From Sphagnum compactum (taxonomy: Eukaryota), in assembly GCA_965153455.1 (NCBI GenBank), contig OZ234493.1:2914001-2978000 (forward strand): a DNA stretch of 64,000 bases, given 5' to 3'. The notes below the pieces were generated by a model. The model had not been told where the DNA came from. It ran no database searches and saw nothing but the letters and a program-made list of their open reading frames with translations. Positions within the stretch are counted from its first letter, which is position 1. Each line of letters begins with the position of its first letter. Shown in pieces: positions 11,586-25,158 of the stretch. Position numbers and translations under genes: made by a program.

Positions 11586-14500
11586 TCAAATGAAGGAATG
11601 CGTTTTGCTGAGTAACAGCCATCCATCCCAATTCCATGGATTGACATCAGGGCTGATCAAGTAAAAGCTATATGCCATGGCTATCCCCACAGCAATTGTG
11701 ACAGATGCCTTTGCACAAGATGGAACCCAAGACATCTTCCCTTGAAGGGCTTTGCAGACGCGATCTGCAGCCTTCAGCTGCCCCTCCAGTTCCAGGTTCC
11801 CTTTAGCTGTCTGGAGCACATGCTTGTGCTGCTTCACCAAAACACTCATCAATTAGTGCTCTACCATAAATCCTAGCAAAGATTGGATTGGAAGAGGAAG
11901 GAAATGAAACATGCCATGTTTGTTGCTTTCCTTAAGCAACAAACAGCCAACATGTCGCAAGAATTGTGCATTCTCAAAGTCACCCCTACACACCACAAAA
12001 GAATCATCCTTTGCACTTGCACCCTCATGAGAAGTCTCCAAATCGACCAGGATGATATGCACTTGGATCACTGACTGGGACAGCAAGAGAGCACATTGTC
12101 CGATTACCTTTGTTCGGAACACCTGGACAGTTCTTTGCAGATCAGACAGTGGTGTCAGGTGTGCAACTGTGTCCTTCCAGTCAGAAAGCAGATGGCCAAG
12201 AACATAACTACTTGCTTTCAAATTCTCCAAGTACAACTTTTCCTGCAAGAAGCCAAACACTGCTAAATTATGCATCCTTGAAAGTATTGACAATAACTTC
12301 TGATGCTAGTCAATATGACACTTGTTTTAGACAATCTGGGAACAATCTGGAGATCAAGAAACCAGCAATTCCATCACAGCAACCACTATAGAAAGAGTTC
12401 AAGAGCTAAGATACATACCCATTGTTTGTGACATTCAGGATTCTGAGTCAAACACCAACTAAAATTTTTGTAAGCTTCTACTGATAGTGCTTCCACATCT
12501 GCACCCACACACATCAACATCAGAGGACTATTCTCTAGACCAACACACAATCAGTGCTATGCACTGTCTGTGGCTGTTGATTTTGCATGTCATGTTGACA
12601 AACCTGACATCAGAGGCAGAAAACAAATTTGAGGCTCATAACAACCTTCAGAGAGAGCTGCCAAGCTCAAGGGCAGAAGCTGTTGTGCAACTGGCCGAGT
12701 GGCTTTGCTCCGGAATGTCCCTGCCAATGCAATCTCCCTCACTACTGGATAAATCAACTGAAACCTCTCTGTTGCCTACACCCCACATGAATACACCCAG
12801 TTAGTGTGAGGTGTGTAGACCAGCTGGTAATCATCCACAAAACAGTTGGGGAATTCAAGAAGGTGAGAAGATCTGTGGACTCCAGTAAAGAACATGGGAC
12901 TAAGATATACGACCAGACAAACAACAAAGACCATCATTCACCCTACAACACATCACCAACCCTGGTGGACAAAGATGATAAAATATCAGAATACTTACCT
13001 TTGTCCGAGCTGAGTCTGAAGGAAAGGAAACCCGCATTATTAAGTCAAGGGACATTGGAGGGACCAGTCTTTCTCCTCTCCGCAGAAAACCATTGAGTAA
13101 TACAGGACGTGCTTTCTTTAGGTTTACAAATAAAACACTGCCAGAACACAGTTAACTATTTAGGTTGGAACTAATTGAACTGCTACAAAAAGCCCAATAT
13201 TCTGTTGTCTGAAGCACATCAAGCTGCACACTATGGGACACTTAACTCACAGATATCCAATTGAAATCAGATGCTTATATCAATCCGGTCAGAAAAAAAG
13301 TCTCAGACCTCTCAACAAATTGAAGGACAGTGTCCCGAGAAGAGGGAGTGCTCGACTTTCCAACAGCAAATGGCAACAAGTTGTGCACCCACAGATACAT
13401 TCCTGAAACCAAATCTCCTTGGGCTACCTGTCACATGTGAAGATGCACAGACAAAATCAGTATGCTTGTTCCTTGTCAACAACCATGTAATTAATTCCTC
13501 ACAGCAGCAAGAAAGATTAATAGAAAAGTTGTTTTCTGTCAATGGTAAATCTCCAACATTTATACAGTAAGCTTGTAGAGCACCTTTTCCCAGATCTTAG
13601 GAACAAACAAAATTTGGTATCTCACAATTACACGTATGTGAATGTGTACTGTTCTCTTAAAACCCAATGCAGGCAGCTTTTACAAATTGGTACCTTACAG
13701 TCAAAATCAGGCAATCTCCAAAAGCTATTATAATCACCTTTGTGTACTAGTGGTGAAAATACTTGCAAACAACTCTCACGAACTATTATTGATGTCACAG
13801 AATTTCTTCAGGGCTTGATATTTACAACTGCATATGTAATTATACCCATCAACACATTCCTTTGGAAATTAGGCTCTGTCACAAACAGGTCCATATGGGT
13901 CATCGCTCCACCTTCAGTAGACATGCAAATAACTGTTGGAAGTTGTAACAACTAACCTGGCCATAAGCCCATACTAATGTGGGAAGCTTGTCCTGCCCTT
14001 GGAATTGAGAGCGCACTGTGTCAGCTTGCTGATGAAGCAGGTCAGGCTTTCTCCTCAACAAAATGGCCAACAGTACCAGAACACCTAGCTGCAAAACCCA
14101 GCTCACATTTAAAATGACATGCAAAAATTCACTACTGAGCTGTACGAAAACAATCCAAAGTCTAATGACCTCCTATAAACCAGATAAGATAACCACCATG
14201 CTATTCTCCCTTCTTGTATGTAACTGGACACTTAATTGCATTGCAAAAAATGAAAAATCTGGCACTACCTGTTGACAAACATGCAAAATGTCTTTCAAAG
14301 TGACAACCTATAACTTCTTAATCTTAAGTACCATAAGAGCTACTCTGGATGGTATCTATAAGATTGCAGAGAAGACTCCATAAAACACATAAGATAACTG
14401 TTCTATTATGGATGCTTATCAGGATAACTCCACCATACTCACCACGATCCTGCTTAGAACACAGGATAGCACAAAATTTATGAAAACCCTAACTGGCGGA

Positions 14501-16528
14501 CTGCCATTCAACAAGAGAAGTCTACTTGCCAAGCCTATCCAAAGCAAATAAGAAGTTGTCTGACAGAAAGTAATAAGAACACAGAGGGAAAATGCTTACT
14601 GGAGAAGAGCATGAACTTACTTTTGTTTTCCCAGAAGGTTGGGGGGTTGCTTTGGAGCCTTTGTGCGATCCTGATTGCTGGGATTGCGAATCCTCCAAAA
14701 CCTCTTTCAAAAGCCACAGCATGAACTTCGAGAGTGCTTCATCAGGTCTTTGTGAGAACCAGTCACCCATCATCTTACTCACACCCTCTGGTAGATCACA
14801 CAATGGTATCTGCAGTAACTCCAATTTTTTTCAGACAGGATTAATGGTATTGCAACCACTGATCAGCACTATGCAGACCACCCAAGAGGTAGAATTAAGT
14901 CTTGTGGTCCCAATAATAACTACAGCTGTGAAACCTTCAAACTGTAAAGGACTAACAGCTCATGCATGATATGATGAACTTGAAGGTCATCATCCATAAT
15001 CAGGAAAGTATGGAAAAAAAGCCTTTGACTCCATACAGAGGCTGACCTCAATTGTCTTCGAAATGGAAGCTTCTCGAAGAATTTTGTTCCAAGCAAACTG
15101 GGAACTGGTAACAGTGACAAATGCACGAGCAAAGTAATCCGCACATCGCATGAGCTGTACATCAGGAACAGAAGCAAAAGATTCCTGCCAAATGTCACCA
15201 GCAGAAATCTGCATCAGAACAGCTGCAAACATTCATTGACACTCCATTGTACAGCTGATGACAATCCTGGGTTCACCATGTCATCCTCTCCTTTGAAACT
15301 CCTATGTACAGATCACCATCAGTTCTCTGCTTCTGAGTATCAGACAGCACTGAGAACCTCTTTACAAGCCAAGTCCAATTCTTCCCTCTCTTTTACTCAT
15401 CCTCTTCATTAAGTCTTTGACACAAGATCAAACTTCCTTTATGATGTGCAGAACTCCTGTCTGGCCTCCACAGCAGAAGCAAACAGTCTCCCAATTTCCT
15501 GAGTGAAACTCATTGAAGGTGGTCTGTATTAAACAGTTCTCACTAGAGCCTTCTGATCATGATAATTAACTACCATGCAGCTTTGAAGCTCTCATAGCAG
15601 GGCTGCTTTGACATGTTTTTTGTACCATCACCAGGACTGTCATAACAGTTTCCATGGGTACATAATGATGGATGTATGAGGTTGAAGTTTGAATCTAGGT
15701 ATCTGTTGCTGAACAAAAAAGCAAAGCTTGAACACCATGCATATTGTGATGCATAACGAGAGTTGACTGTGTCGGGTTTGCAGCTACTACTCTGGCTTGG
15801 ACTTGACTCAGCATTCAGGGCAAAAATTGTGTTGGGTTCAATTACAGACAGCAGCTACAGAGCACTTCAGGAAAATTGGTTCCTGTCTACATTGGTCAGT
15901 TGAGGAGCTTCAGAACATTGTGCAATGAAGCAATTCTGGCACTTCGCCATGGATCACCCCAACTGCAAAGCCAAACCCTAGACCCCAAACTCCAAGATGA
16001 GCACACAGATACTATATGTAGTGCTAGTTGAAGACATCAGCTTCTTACTGTGATGTCTGCAAGGAAGGTTGAAAGATCGGATGGATCAATTGCTGCGGCT
16101 GCATCAGCTACAGTTACTTTAGGTTTACTTGATTTCTTTGGCTTCGTCTTCGTCAATTCACCACCCACTGCAACAGTGCCTTCTTCAGGCTGATGTTCCC
16201 CGCCTACATCCCCCTGCTCTTCCCCTGATTCTCCTGCAGCCAATGCAGCTGCAATCCTTGCCTCTCTTCGCTTCCGCCTCTCAGCTGCCTCTGTCTCTAG
16301 AGCTTGGAACCCCTTGGGCTCAGCAGGTTTTGCTCCATTTTTCTCTACCTCCTGCTGCCCTGTTGCTATGCTTCCCTTCATCTCCTGCCGCCGCTGCTTC
16401 TTCACATTTGTCACTTTCTTCCACCCGTGATCCTTTGCATTCCCATTCCTGCTCTCCACACCATTGTTGTAGCTCCCTCCATTCTCCAACACACCGTTGC
16501 TGTCTACATCTAAACCATCTGTCGCCAT
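11586..16528 (-). CDS. Transmembrane protein 214-like (DUF2359) protein
   Basis: Ten frame-consistent GT-AG exons: 16528..16049, 15184..15047, 14809..14621, 14088..13957, 13427..13309, 13137..12999, 12775..12646, 12498..12419, 12242..12108, 11828..11586. Motifs include DHGWKKV, KVTVADAAAAIDPSDL, DVQLMRCADYFARAF, QGQDKLPTLVW, QGDLVSGMYLWVHNLLP, KARPVLLNG, ATERFQLIYP, WCLTQNPECHKQWEKLYLENLKAS and a C-terminal hydrophobic segment. Confidence 0.9.
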
Positions 16529-18068
16529 GATCCCTTACCTCCTATCAAACCCCACAACAAATCGCCCAGTATTACTTCACAAAACCCCCCAAAAAAAAAT
16601 CAAAACAAAGCACACCGATGCACAAAGTTCCTTTCTCGTAACCCTCTCAATCAAGATTACCATCAAAGTAGATCATGTCTGGGAGAAAACACACATCAAA
16701 ACACATCCCGAAAACCCCAGCTTTTTCTTGGAGACAGACCCAAACACACAAAACTCAGACAAACTGCACAAAGATCATCATCATCAACCAGCAGCAAAAC
16801 CAAACCAATCCATAAGAGTACCAACTCTCCGAAGACCCTAATGAGATGCAAACAAAGAGAGCCGTTCCAAAAACCGAGCTCATCACTCTCACCTTAGAAA
16901 GCACAAAACCTCTGCCAAGGTCCGTCAAGTTCAGGCCCGATAATCTCACGCAATACTCCACCAAAAGCGCTGAAATTTGAGACGAACACTCCTCACGCAC
17001 TGCAGTATGCGGATCTGTAACCGGCTACTGCAACAAGCCACTTAAATCGTGAACAAAAAAAAAAAGCGTGCAAATCGATCTCGACTGCGCGAGCAGCACA
17101 TCCACCCCACGACCCTGCAAACAAGATCGCGAGGAAAGACCACCTTCGTGTCGGGCGTGGCACGCTCGGGTTGGTCGACATCCTCATAGAAAAGACGATT
17201 CTGAGTCACGGAAAGTGATCCTTTCTTGGCACGGAAGGGAAAACACTTGGAGCCGGGGAATGCACACTTCACTGAGTTCCATCCGAAATGCTGAGTAAAA
17301 GACGTGAAATGGTCGGATTACGTCCCGGAATATGTCGATCCTGTGGGGGCCAATAAACAACTTATAAAAAAGGACTCAATAGTAGGGTACCTACTATAGA
17401 AGGGTACCTACTATACTAGGCATAAGGTCTTTTTCTCACACTTTCTAGTAGGCGTAAGATCGCTCTTATTCCTAAGGCTTCGTGATTTACATATGTTTAA
17501 GCTTATGATAGGATTCACCTCATTATTTAATTTAACTTTTTTTTTTTGGGGGATGGTTCGAAAGTTGATTTTTTTAAATGAATTTGATTTTTTTTGGATT
17601 TTGATGTTTTCAAAGTGTCTCACCCCAAAAGTTCCCATGGTATTCCCAAGTACATTCCAAATGGGTTCCCAAAGTGTTCCTCAACATGTTCCCTTATGTT
17701 GTTCCTTATTTTGAATAAAGGTGTAAATAGGACCCATGTAGGGCGAAAATTGGAAGCCATTGTTGGAGATGCCCTTATATATTATTAAAGTTTAAGGCTA
17801 GGACGTAAGACATAAGACCTTAAAATCTTTTAGTTTAAACACAAAATCCTAAAACCTAAAAATTGTACACGTTATCTAAATCTAAGACCATAGCCTTCAC
17901 CTAACCCTAAGCCTTGGACCTTGTTAAAAAACCCTAAAACTCACTTAGTCTAGTTTTTTACTAGATTTAGATTTAGATCCATGAAGACACACACATTGGG
18001 TTTGGTTCTAAGGGTCAATTTACACCCAAGCCTAGCTGAAAACCTAAAACTAGTCGACATTAGTTATA

Positions 18069-18374
18069 CTAGTGTGAACCCGGTGCATAATGCACTCGTC
18101 AAGCTCCCCCCTGCTCGGTCCTTCCCATTGCCCACTCCGGTTCTTTACCCCGTCGACCCCCCCCCTCGTCCTTCGCATTTTTCACTCCGATTCTTTAACC
18201 TATTGATCCCCCCCCCCCCCCGTTCCCCTGTTATATATAATTAACTTCCCGCCCCGTGCTGGCCCCCCCCCCACCCCGTTACCAAGCCCTGTCACCCGCT
18301 ACTTCACCGGCCTCTCCCTCCCCCACCCCCCAAAACCTCCGTCACAGACAAACTTACTGAATTAATATATATGA
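18069..18374 (-). mobile_element. Non-autonomous Helitron (306 bp, subfamily A)
   Basis: Minus strand reads A|TCATATATATTAATTCAG ... GTGCATTATGCACCGGGTTCACACTAG|T. Nearly identical to the copy at 37421..37722. Confidence 0.88.
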
Positions 18375-18651
18375 TGTGATACTGATCTTACACCTATAGA
18401 TAAACATAATTTCTCGCTTTTAAAAATAGGCATAAGATTCTTTTCTTTTCTAGAAAAGATATTCATAAACATAAAGTGCCTTTCCAAGGCATTAAGAGTT
18501 TTTTTAAATGCTTTACATTCGATTTTGTGAAAGAATGAAACAACAATATACATTTCAAAGTTATGAAGCCTAAATATGTTGACCTTAAGCCCCTAAGCCA
18601 TGAATTATCTTCTAACATTCAAAAATTGTTTCGATACCACAAGGGATTTGC

Positions 18652-19059
18652 TAATGTTGGGCGATTTTTTACTTTTATAAAAAAAACAACCAATTATAGT
18701 TTTTTAAAACATTAAGATAGTTGTACTTCCATCGAAAAATAGAAAATTGAGTCCAATTTTGGTTCGATTTTTTTTTTTAAATTAATTCAAGCTCGATTTA
18801 GGTTCTAGTTTTGGAAATCAAACTCATTTCTAATCTAATTCCATGTAATTTGGTGTAGAACCAACAATTAACTTTCAATTAACCCTCAATTCCAACAGCA
18901 TTTCCCAAAAATATTTTATGAATTGAAAAAAAGTGATTTAAATTTTAATTCTTATCTTGAAACTAGATCCAAAATTAAACCCAAATTTGATTTGGTTTTA
19001 CTAACTAGAATTAGAACCAATGGTTCTATTGGACCAAATTGAATAACCACCCAACATTG
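18652..19059. mobile_element. Degenerate MITE with CA(G/A)TGTTGGGCGG-type TIRs (hAT-like)
   Basis: TAATGTTGGGCGATT at 18652 is inverted to AACCACCCAACATTG ending at 19059. The same terminus (CCGCCCAACACTG) occurs at ~9432-9474. No convincing TSD. Confidence 0.5.
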
Positions 19060-20224
19060 GTTTTTATTTACATTTTTCAAACTTAGTTTGTTTGTTCACA
19101 TGAAAAAATAATGTATTGCAATCAAAAAATCTTACATGACTTTTTTGTCCTTCTAATGATGTGTGCCTTGCACTCAATGTTGAAACTAAATCCAGTTCGA
19201 TGGATTGTATTATGCATAAAAAAACGACCAACTTTGTGATTTGTCAACTATGACTATATTTCTCAATTTCACTACAATTTCAACTAGTCACTACATATGT
19301 AACAATTTTAAAATTTTAAAAACCCAATTTAATTGTTCAACATCCTTGATAACAAGATTTACCATTTACATGAAAAATGTTTTGCTCAACCAAATGACTA
19401 ATTTTCTTGCATGAATTCCATGATTAGAACATCTTTAATGCAATACCATAAATCGTTTGCCAACAATAACTTATTGTAACTATCACAAGAGTGTCATTAA
19501 TACTAGCCCATTGGCACCTCTAAACTACAAAAGATCTAAATGCCCCATCAAATTTTCTCATGAACACATGATCAAATAATAAAATAAAGGAGTCCTTTGC
19601 ATGCCATTACATCAAATTTTGTGATATTCAAAGTCAAATGTCTAACTTGTGCTTAAGAATCATAGTCAAAATTGAAATTTCTAAAATTATGTCACAAGCA
19701 CATCGATTTAAAAAGGGAAAACTTTTGGAACTAATAATAACACTAACTTTGTGCATCATTCCTACATGTATCACAAGATCTAGTTAGTGGAAATGGTCAA
19801 AAGTTACATATGTTCTAAGAGTGAATTCAAAGCCACTATAATAAATGTAGATTAACTATAAGCGTCAAGAGACCAACAAGGTCATTAGAAACAAAGTGGG
19901 GAACTATAGAACATGACATTTCTAAATTTGTGGGTTATTTTGGGTTTGTTGTAGTGTTAAACACATCAAAACCTTGTCAAGGACAAAACAAGGTTTCAAC
20001 TTGAAAAAACTATATGGACTTCACAAACAAAGAATTCAACAATGAATAAAAATTAAATGATTTTATTGCTTGAACAAAACATGATGCAAATTATGCATGA
20101 AATGGATTAAGAATATAAAGGGCACAACTTACATTGCCGAAATCAAAAGGTGGCACCCTCCAAACCTTTAATTCTATTATTTATCAAAGATAGTAAACAA
20201 TAAAGGAAGTTTTTAAAAGTTTCC

Positions 20225-21060
20225 AAAAAGATCCCTGAGAAATATGGTTGGAAATTTGTAGAAATTTTCAAAAAGATCTTTGAAGAATATGGTTGGAGGT
20301 TCTTAGAAATTTTTCAAAAAGATCCTTGAGAAATATGGTTGGAAATTTGTAGAAATTTCCAAAAAGATCTTTGAAGAATATGGTTGGAGGTTTTTAGAAA
20401 ATTTTCAAAAAGATCCCTGAGAAATATGGTTGGAAATTTGTAGAAATTTTAAAAAAGATCTTTGAAGAATATGGTTGGAATTTTTTATAAATTCTCTAAA
20501 AAGATCCTCGAGAAATATGGTTGGAAATTTGTAGAATTTCTAAAAAGATCTTTGAAGAATATGGGAAAAATATGGTTAGAAATTTCTAGAAATTTCTAAA
20601 AAGATCTTTGAAGAATATGGAATGTTTAGAAAATTTCCAAAAATATCCTCGAGAAATATGGTTGGAAATTTGTAGAAATTTCCAAAAATATCTTTGAGAA
20701 ATATGGTTGGAAGTTTTCTTTTTAATTTCAAAAAGATCCTTGAGAAATATGATTGGAAATTTATAGAAATTTCCAAAAAAATCTTTGAGAAATATGGTTG
20801 CAAGTTTTTAGAAATTTTCCAAAGGATCCTTGAAAAATATGGTTGAAAGTTTATAGAAATTTCCAAAAAGATCTTTGATAAATATGGTTGGAAGTTTTTT
20901 TTATTGTACAAAAAGATCCTTGAGAAATATGGTTGGAGGTTTTTAGAAATTTTCCAAAAATATCCTTGAGAAATATGGTTGAAAGCTTTTAGAAATTTCC
21001 ACAAAGATCCTTCAAAAGTATGGTTGGAATTTTTTACAAATCCTTGTAAAATATGCTTGA
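20225..21060. repeat. Tandem array of ~18 alternating 45/46-bp units (91-bp dimer)
   Basis: Unit AAAAAGATCC(C/T)TGAGAAATATGGTTGGAAATTTGTAGAAATTT(T/C)C alternates with AAAAAGATCTTTGAAGAATATGGTTGGAGGTT(C/T)TTAGAAA.TTTTC. GATC anchors fall at 20230, 20275, 20321, 20366 and 20412. Confidence 0.95.
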
Positions 21061-21086
21061 AATTTTTTGAAGTTTCAAGAAGACAA

Positions 21087-21722
21087 CAAACCCATCCTTG
21101 GGTGGTACCACTAAGAACCACATGAAAAAATGGTTAAGGAACTAAACTAAAAAATAAATAAATAATTGAACCATTTTTAAAAAATGAATTCACAACTATA
21201 AACTTTTTTTTTTCATGTTTATCAATTGCATGCCTTAGTATATGGTCTTACTTTTTTACTAGAATAAAAATATAGAAATTGCTATAATTTTTTATTCATA
21301 ATTATCATTGCCCCTTCAGGAATCATGATATTAAACTTTGGAAGTTTGTTACTAAATCATACCTACTCAATTAATTACAAAATTTGAAAATCAAATTGAA
21401 TGCCTCCAAAATTACCTTAAAATTCTATCTCCAACAAATATTCCCCAGCATGTTTCAAACATGTGTTCATAACCAAAAAGCTCGAGGAAAAAAATAACAT
21501 TACTTTTTATTTTATTTTCTAAATGTAATGATTAGAACCATCAAAATACAAAATAGTCTTGATATCATTAAAATTTGAAAATATATACAAGCTAATAAAT
21601 GTAGTCACAAAAAAATTATTATGAAAATCATTATTTATTTATTTTAATATTTTTGTAAAGTTGGATGGATCTCGTAAAATGAAATATGATGTTCCTAATA
21701 GTACCACCCAAAGATGGGTTTG
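21087..21722. mobile_element. MITE with ~32-bp TIRs inserted at the end of the tandem array
   Basis: CAAACCCATCCTTGGGTGGTACCACTAAGAAC (21087) is inverted to GTTCCTAATAGTACCACCCAAAGATGGGTTTG (ends 21722). An array-like unit resumes at ~21725. Homologous sequence is present at ~45770-46150. Confidence 0.75.
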
Positions 21723-22399
21723 CCCAAGATCCTTGAAAAATATGCTTAAAAGTTTGTATAAGACATAAAATTAACATTAAGTTCTACAAGTGTTTTCACA
21801 TGAATATTTAATAAAATAAATTAGAAGATGTAATTAGAATAATTTTTTTAAAAGATAATAGTTAGTGGAAGCTTTTAGAAGGTTAATGATTTTTTAAAAG
21901 TTTCCATTGAATAATATCAGAAAAGGTTCAAAAAGCACCATCCTTTAATCTCACCAACCCAAGTTGTGGCTTTTGTAATCCTAGTCCATTTCTTATTTAA
22001 CTTGCATGTTGCCTTATTTAAACAATAAATTGTCTAGTTCTTGTTCATTATTATTATTATTTTAATCAAGTCTTTAATCCTTCTCCAAATTATATCATTT
22101 TTTTGTCCTTGAGATTATTCAATGGAACCTTTTAAAAGTTCATCAACGTTTTAAAAAGTTCTGCTAACTATTCTTTTATAAGTTTTTTCTAAAAACTTTT
22201 GTTGGTTTTGTCTTCTAAAAACTATAAATTTTCTTTTTGGCTAATTACCTCATTTAAAAACTCCTTCCACAAGTTCTCATTACTTCTACGTCTTTTTTAA
22301 AAAATTCAACATATTCTTCAAAGATTTTTCTTTAAAAAATTTAAACTTCCAAACATACAATTCCTCATAGATCTTTCTAAATTTTTTTATTATTATTTA

Positions 22400-23430
22400 G
22401 TGTCTGTGACAAATCTTCACCTAAAGATGTGTTGTAAAAAAACTTAGAATTATATAAACAACGACATCCAAAAAATGCAACCTTTAGCTTCATACATTGT
22501 TGGTTGTTGTTGAAGGATATCTCACCATGGGCTAACATGTGGGAGGAATTGAGGCATGCATCACCTCCAAAACAAAAAGAGTTTTGAAAGTGTGGAAGAA
22601 ATTCCAACTAGCTTAGTCAAAATCATAGATGTGTAGATCATTTGCAATAATTTTACATTTATACAGAAACTTCAATGACCAAAACAACAAAGGAATTTGA
22701 ACATATGAAGAAGGTGAAAGTAGTGTATGTAATGTGAATTGATGTAAAAACAGTTGCCAACATCATTGTTGTGACTTTCATGAAGGCTTCCATTTTTGAA
22801 AAGGTGACAACCAATATTCAATTTTCCATGCCAAAAACACAAATAATGTCTAAGCATGCAAAAGAATTTTTAAAATTTCAATAAACCAAAAAGTTACAAA
22901 AGTTCAAAGATTGGGAGCTTGCACACGATAGCCACCTAGCAAACTTTGCCTCCCATGAATGCCCCATTTGCCAAGGACGCAACAATAACTCCAAATAACC
23001 CAAATCCCATCCCTCAAGCTATGAATGTAGTTGTTAATACATAACAAAACAACAACCCACATGCAATTGAACTTGTGAAATGAAACACAAGTGCACCACA
23101 AAACAAAAAAAATTGTGCATTTTTTTTCACTAATTATTTCTCAATTGCCACAAATGTTCAATCAAATCATTGCAAAGTTTAAATGTAAGTTTGAATTCTC
23201 TATAACTTTAGTGTCTTGACAAAGCATTACAAAAGATAATCCTCAACAAAATTAAACATCAACATTAAGTTCAACAACCTTCACATAGTCATCACATTCA
23301 TCCTCCAAGATCATATTATGTAAATCCACACATGCCATGAGAATGTCAACTATATTTTTATGGTCCCATTAAAAGCATGGATTTGCAATTATTTGGAACT
23401 GATCTTACAAAACTCTAAAACAACATTCAA
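22400..23430. mobile_element. PIF/Harbinger transposon relic (Myb/NAM-associated ORF fragment on +, DDE transposase C-terminal fragment on -)
   Basis: The + strand from 22447 reads ELYKQRHPKNATFSFIHCWLLLKDISPWANMW. The - strand ~23430..23290 reads ECCFRVL*DQFQIIANPCF*WDHKNIVDILMACVDLHNMILEDE, matching the Harbinger ERxFGVLQARF...ACxxLHNMIxEDE motif with stops. Confidence 0.8.
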
Positions 23431-23906
23431 GTTGTCTTGGCTATGGACAAGGCAAACATAAAAAGTTGCACATGTGAATAATTATCATAGGAAGGAGATG
23501 ATGTATATTGGTAGAAAGTTGACAAAGAACATCGCAACAAGCAACAATGATTCATTACTAACCTTAATTATACCCCTTCAAAAGTAATTTCAAGGGGTAG
23601 ATTCAAGGAGATGTTTTTACTTTGCATTACATTTATCAAGCCTATGACTTCAATTGTAATATTGTCTCAATTATATAAACTTTGCTTAACTAAATTACAT
23701 TCTAATTTGTTACTTTTATGAAAAGATCGTACCATATGGTGAAACATTCATGAAATTCCAAAAAGGTTTTTGATTGTGCTTGTTCCATTATCAAATGTAA
23801 TATTGGGTTGCCAACCCAAGGATTCGGATGAGTGTTTGAGGATGGGATGCGAACCTCCTAGGATGTCTTAATTTGGGTGTTGGTAAGTTTTAGTTTGGGA
23901 TGTCTT

Positions 23907-25158
23907 TGTTAACAGGTAGAAATCTTTAGATTAGTTAATTCCATGGGCCTTTTAATAATTACTAATTATTAATGATAGATTTACCATCCCTTATCCAAGG
24001 GGTGAAGCTAGTGGGATTAAGTAACCTGGGTTAATGAGTGGTTGGGGGATTAATCCACCTAATCATCTAGGAGATTTCTAAGAAGGGATTAGGATAAGGG
24101 CCCTATTTTTAGGGGTCAATGTGGGCCTTGTGTGGTTTTATAGAAAAGGAGGAATAGAGGGGGTGTGGGAGGAATTTAAAGGCATCCGATATTTTTGTAG
24201 GAAGTTGTGGGGAACAAAAAGCTCATGGAGGAATGTGCGAATAGTGGAGGAATATGTTTGTATTTTGTGTGTGATTTTAATGGACGATGGTTGAAGGACT
24301 TGAATTTCTTTTGTTGTGTCTCTATTCTATTAGCAAGTGTGTAAGGTAGGTCATTTGGAGATTGTATAAGTACATCTACTCCCTTAAAATGGTACATTGC
24401 TTCTAAAACAGAGAGCAAGATGCATACCCTTTAGTAGTTTTTGGAAAGGTAAGTTGATGGCTACCACAAGAAGGTAGTGGCTCGTATTTCGGGTAGAAAT
24501 CAAAGTGAGAGAACCAATAGGTGGCGCCTGCAGGCTGAAAGGTTTTGCTACAGGCAATAGACACTAGCTATGAAGGAATCCAAAAGCTGCAAATGGTAGA
24601 GAGTAGTGGAGGAGAGGTCTTTCACTTGCAGGCTGAAAGGTTTTGCTACAGGCAATAGACACTAGCTATGAAGGAATCTAAAAGCTGCAAATGGTAGAGA
24701 GTAGTGGAGGAGAGGTCTTTCGAATAGCTGCAAATGACAAGCAAAACCAATAAAGGGCTTGCAAGCATGGTGGAGTTGGGACAATGGTTATAGAAGGTTT
24801 GCAGACCCCAACAAAGCAATATAGGGGGCATCAAAGGTACTATGAAACCTTGGAAAGTGGTTATTTTCAAATTTTATTCTTTTCCCATGCTACCTTTCTT
24901 TACTTTCCTCCCCTACCTCACTAGATTAACCTACTTACAAGACGATACAAGACGGTAGGTATGTTATTATTCCGTAGACCCTTACCTTCCCCTTCTTCTC
25001 TTTGTGTAGCTCCTTAATTATTATGTGAGTAATCATAATAAAATAAGTTAGTAGAGGGTAGTTGTGTTTACTGAAGTAATAAGGGATTGACCTTGCCCCC
25101 TCAGTTTTACTTCCTAAGAAACAATAATGATCGGGAGTCGCAATTTCACCCCTTAACA
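23907..25158. mobile_element. Solo LTR (family L1)
   Basis: TGTTAA...TTAACA termini. Colinear homology with 36280..37373. Flanks GTCTT/ATTTT may be a decayed TSD. Contains an internal 98-bp-period duplication. Confidence 0.75.

Noticed and set aside
11853..12107. In-frame continuation of ORF 11853..12293 beyond VFRTK
   Set aside because: A good GTAATC donor at 12107 splices in frame to the terminal exon. The continuation is best read as intron.
20225..21060. Possible CRISPR array
   Set aside because: Units are contiguous with no unique spacers, there are no cas genes, and the context is eukaryotic and intron-rich. It is a tandem repeat.
20576..21121. 181-aa ORF on the minus strand
   Set aside because: It is a translation of the tandem repeat (FQPYFSRIF repeats) with no protein-family motif.
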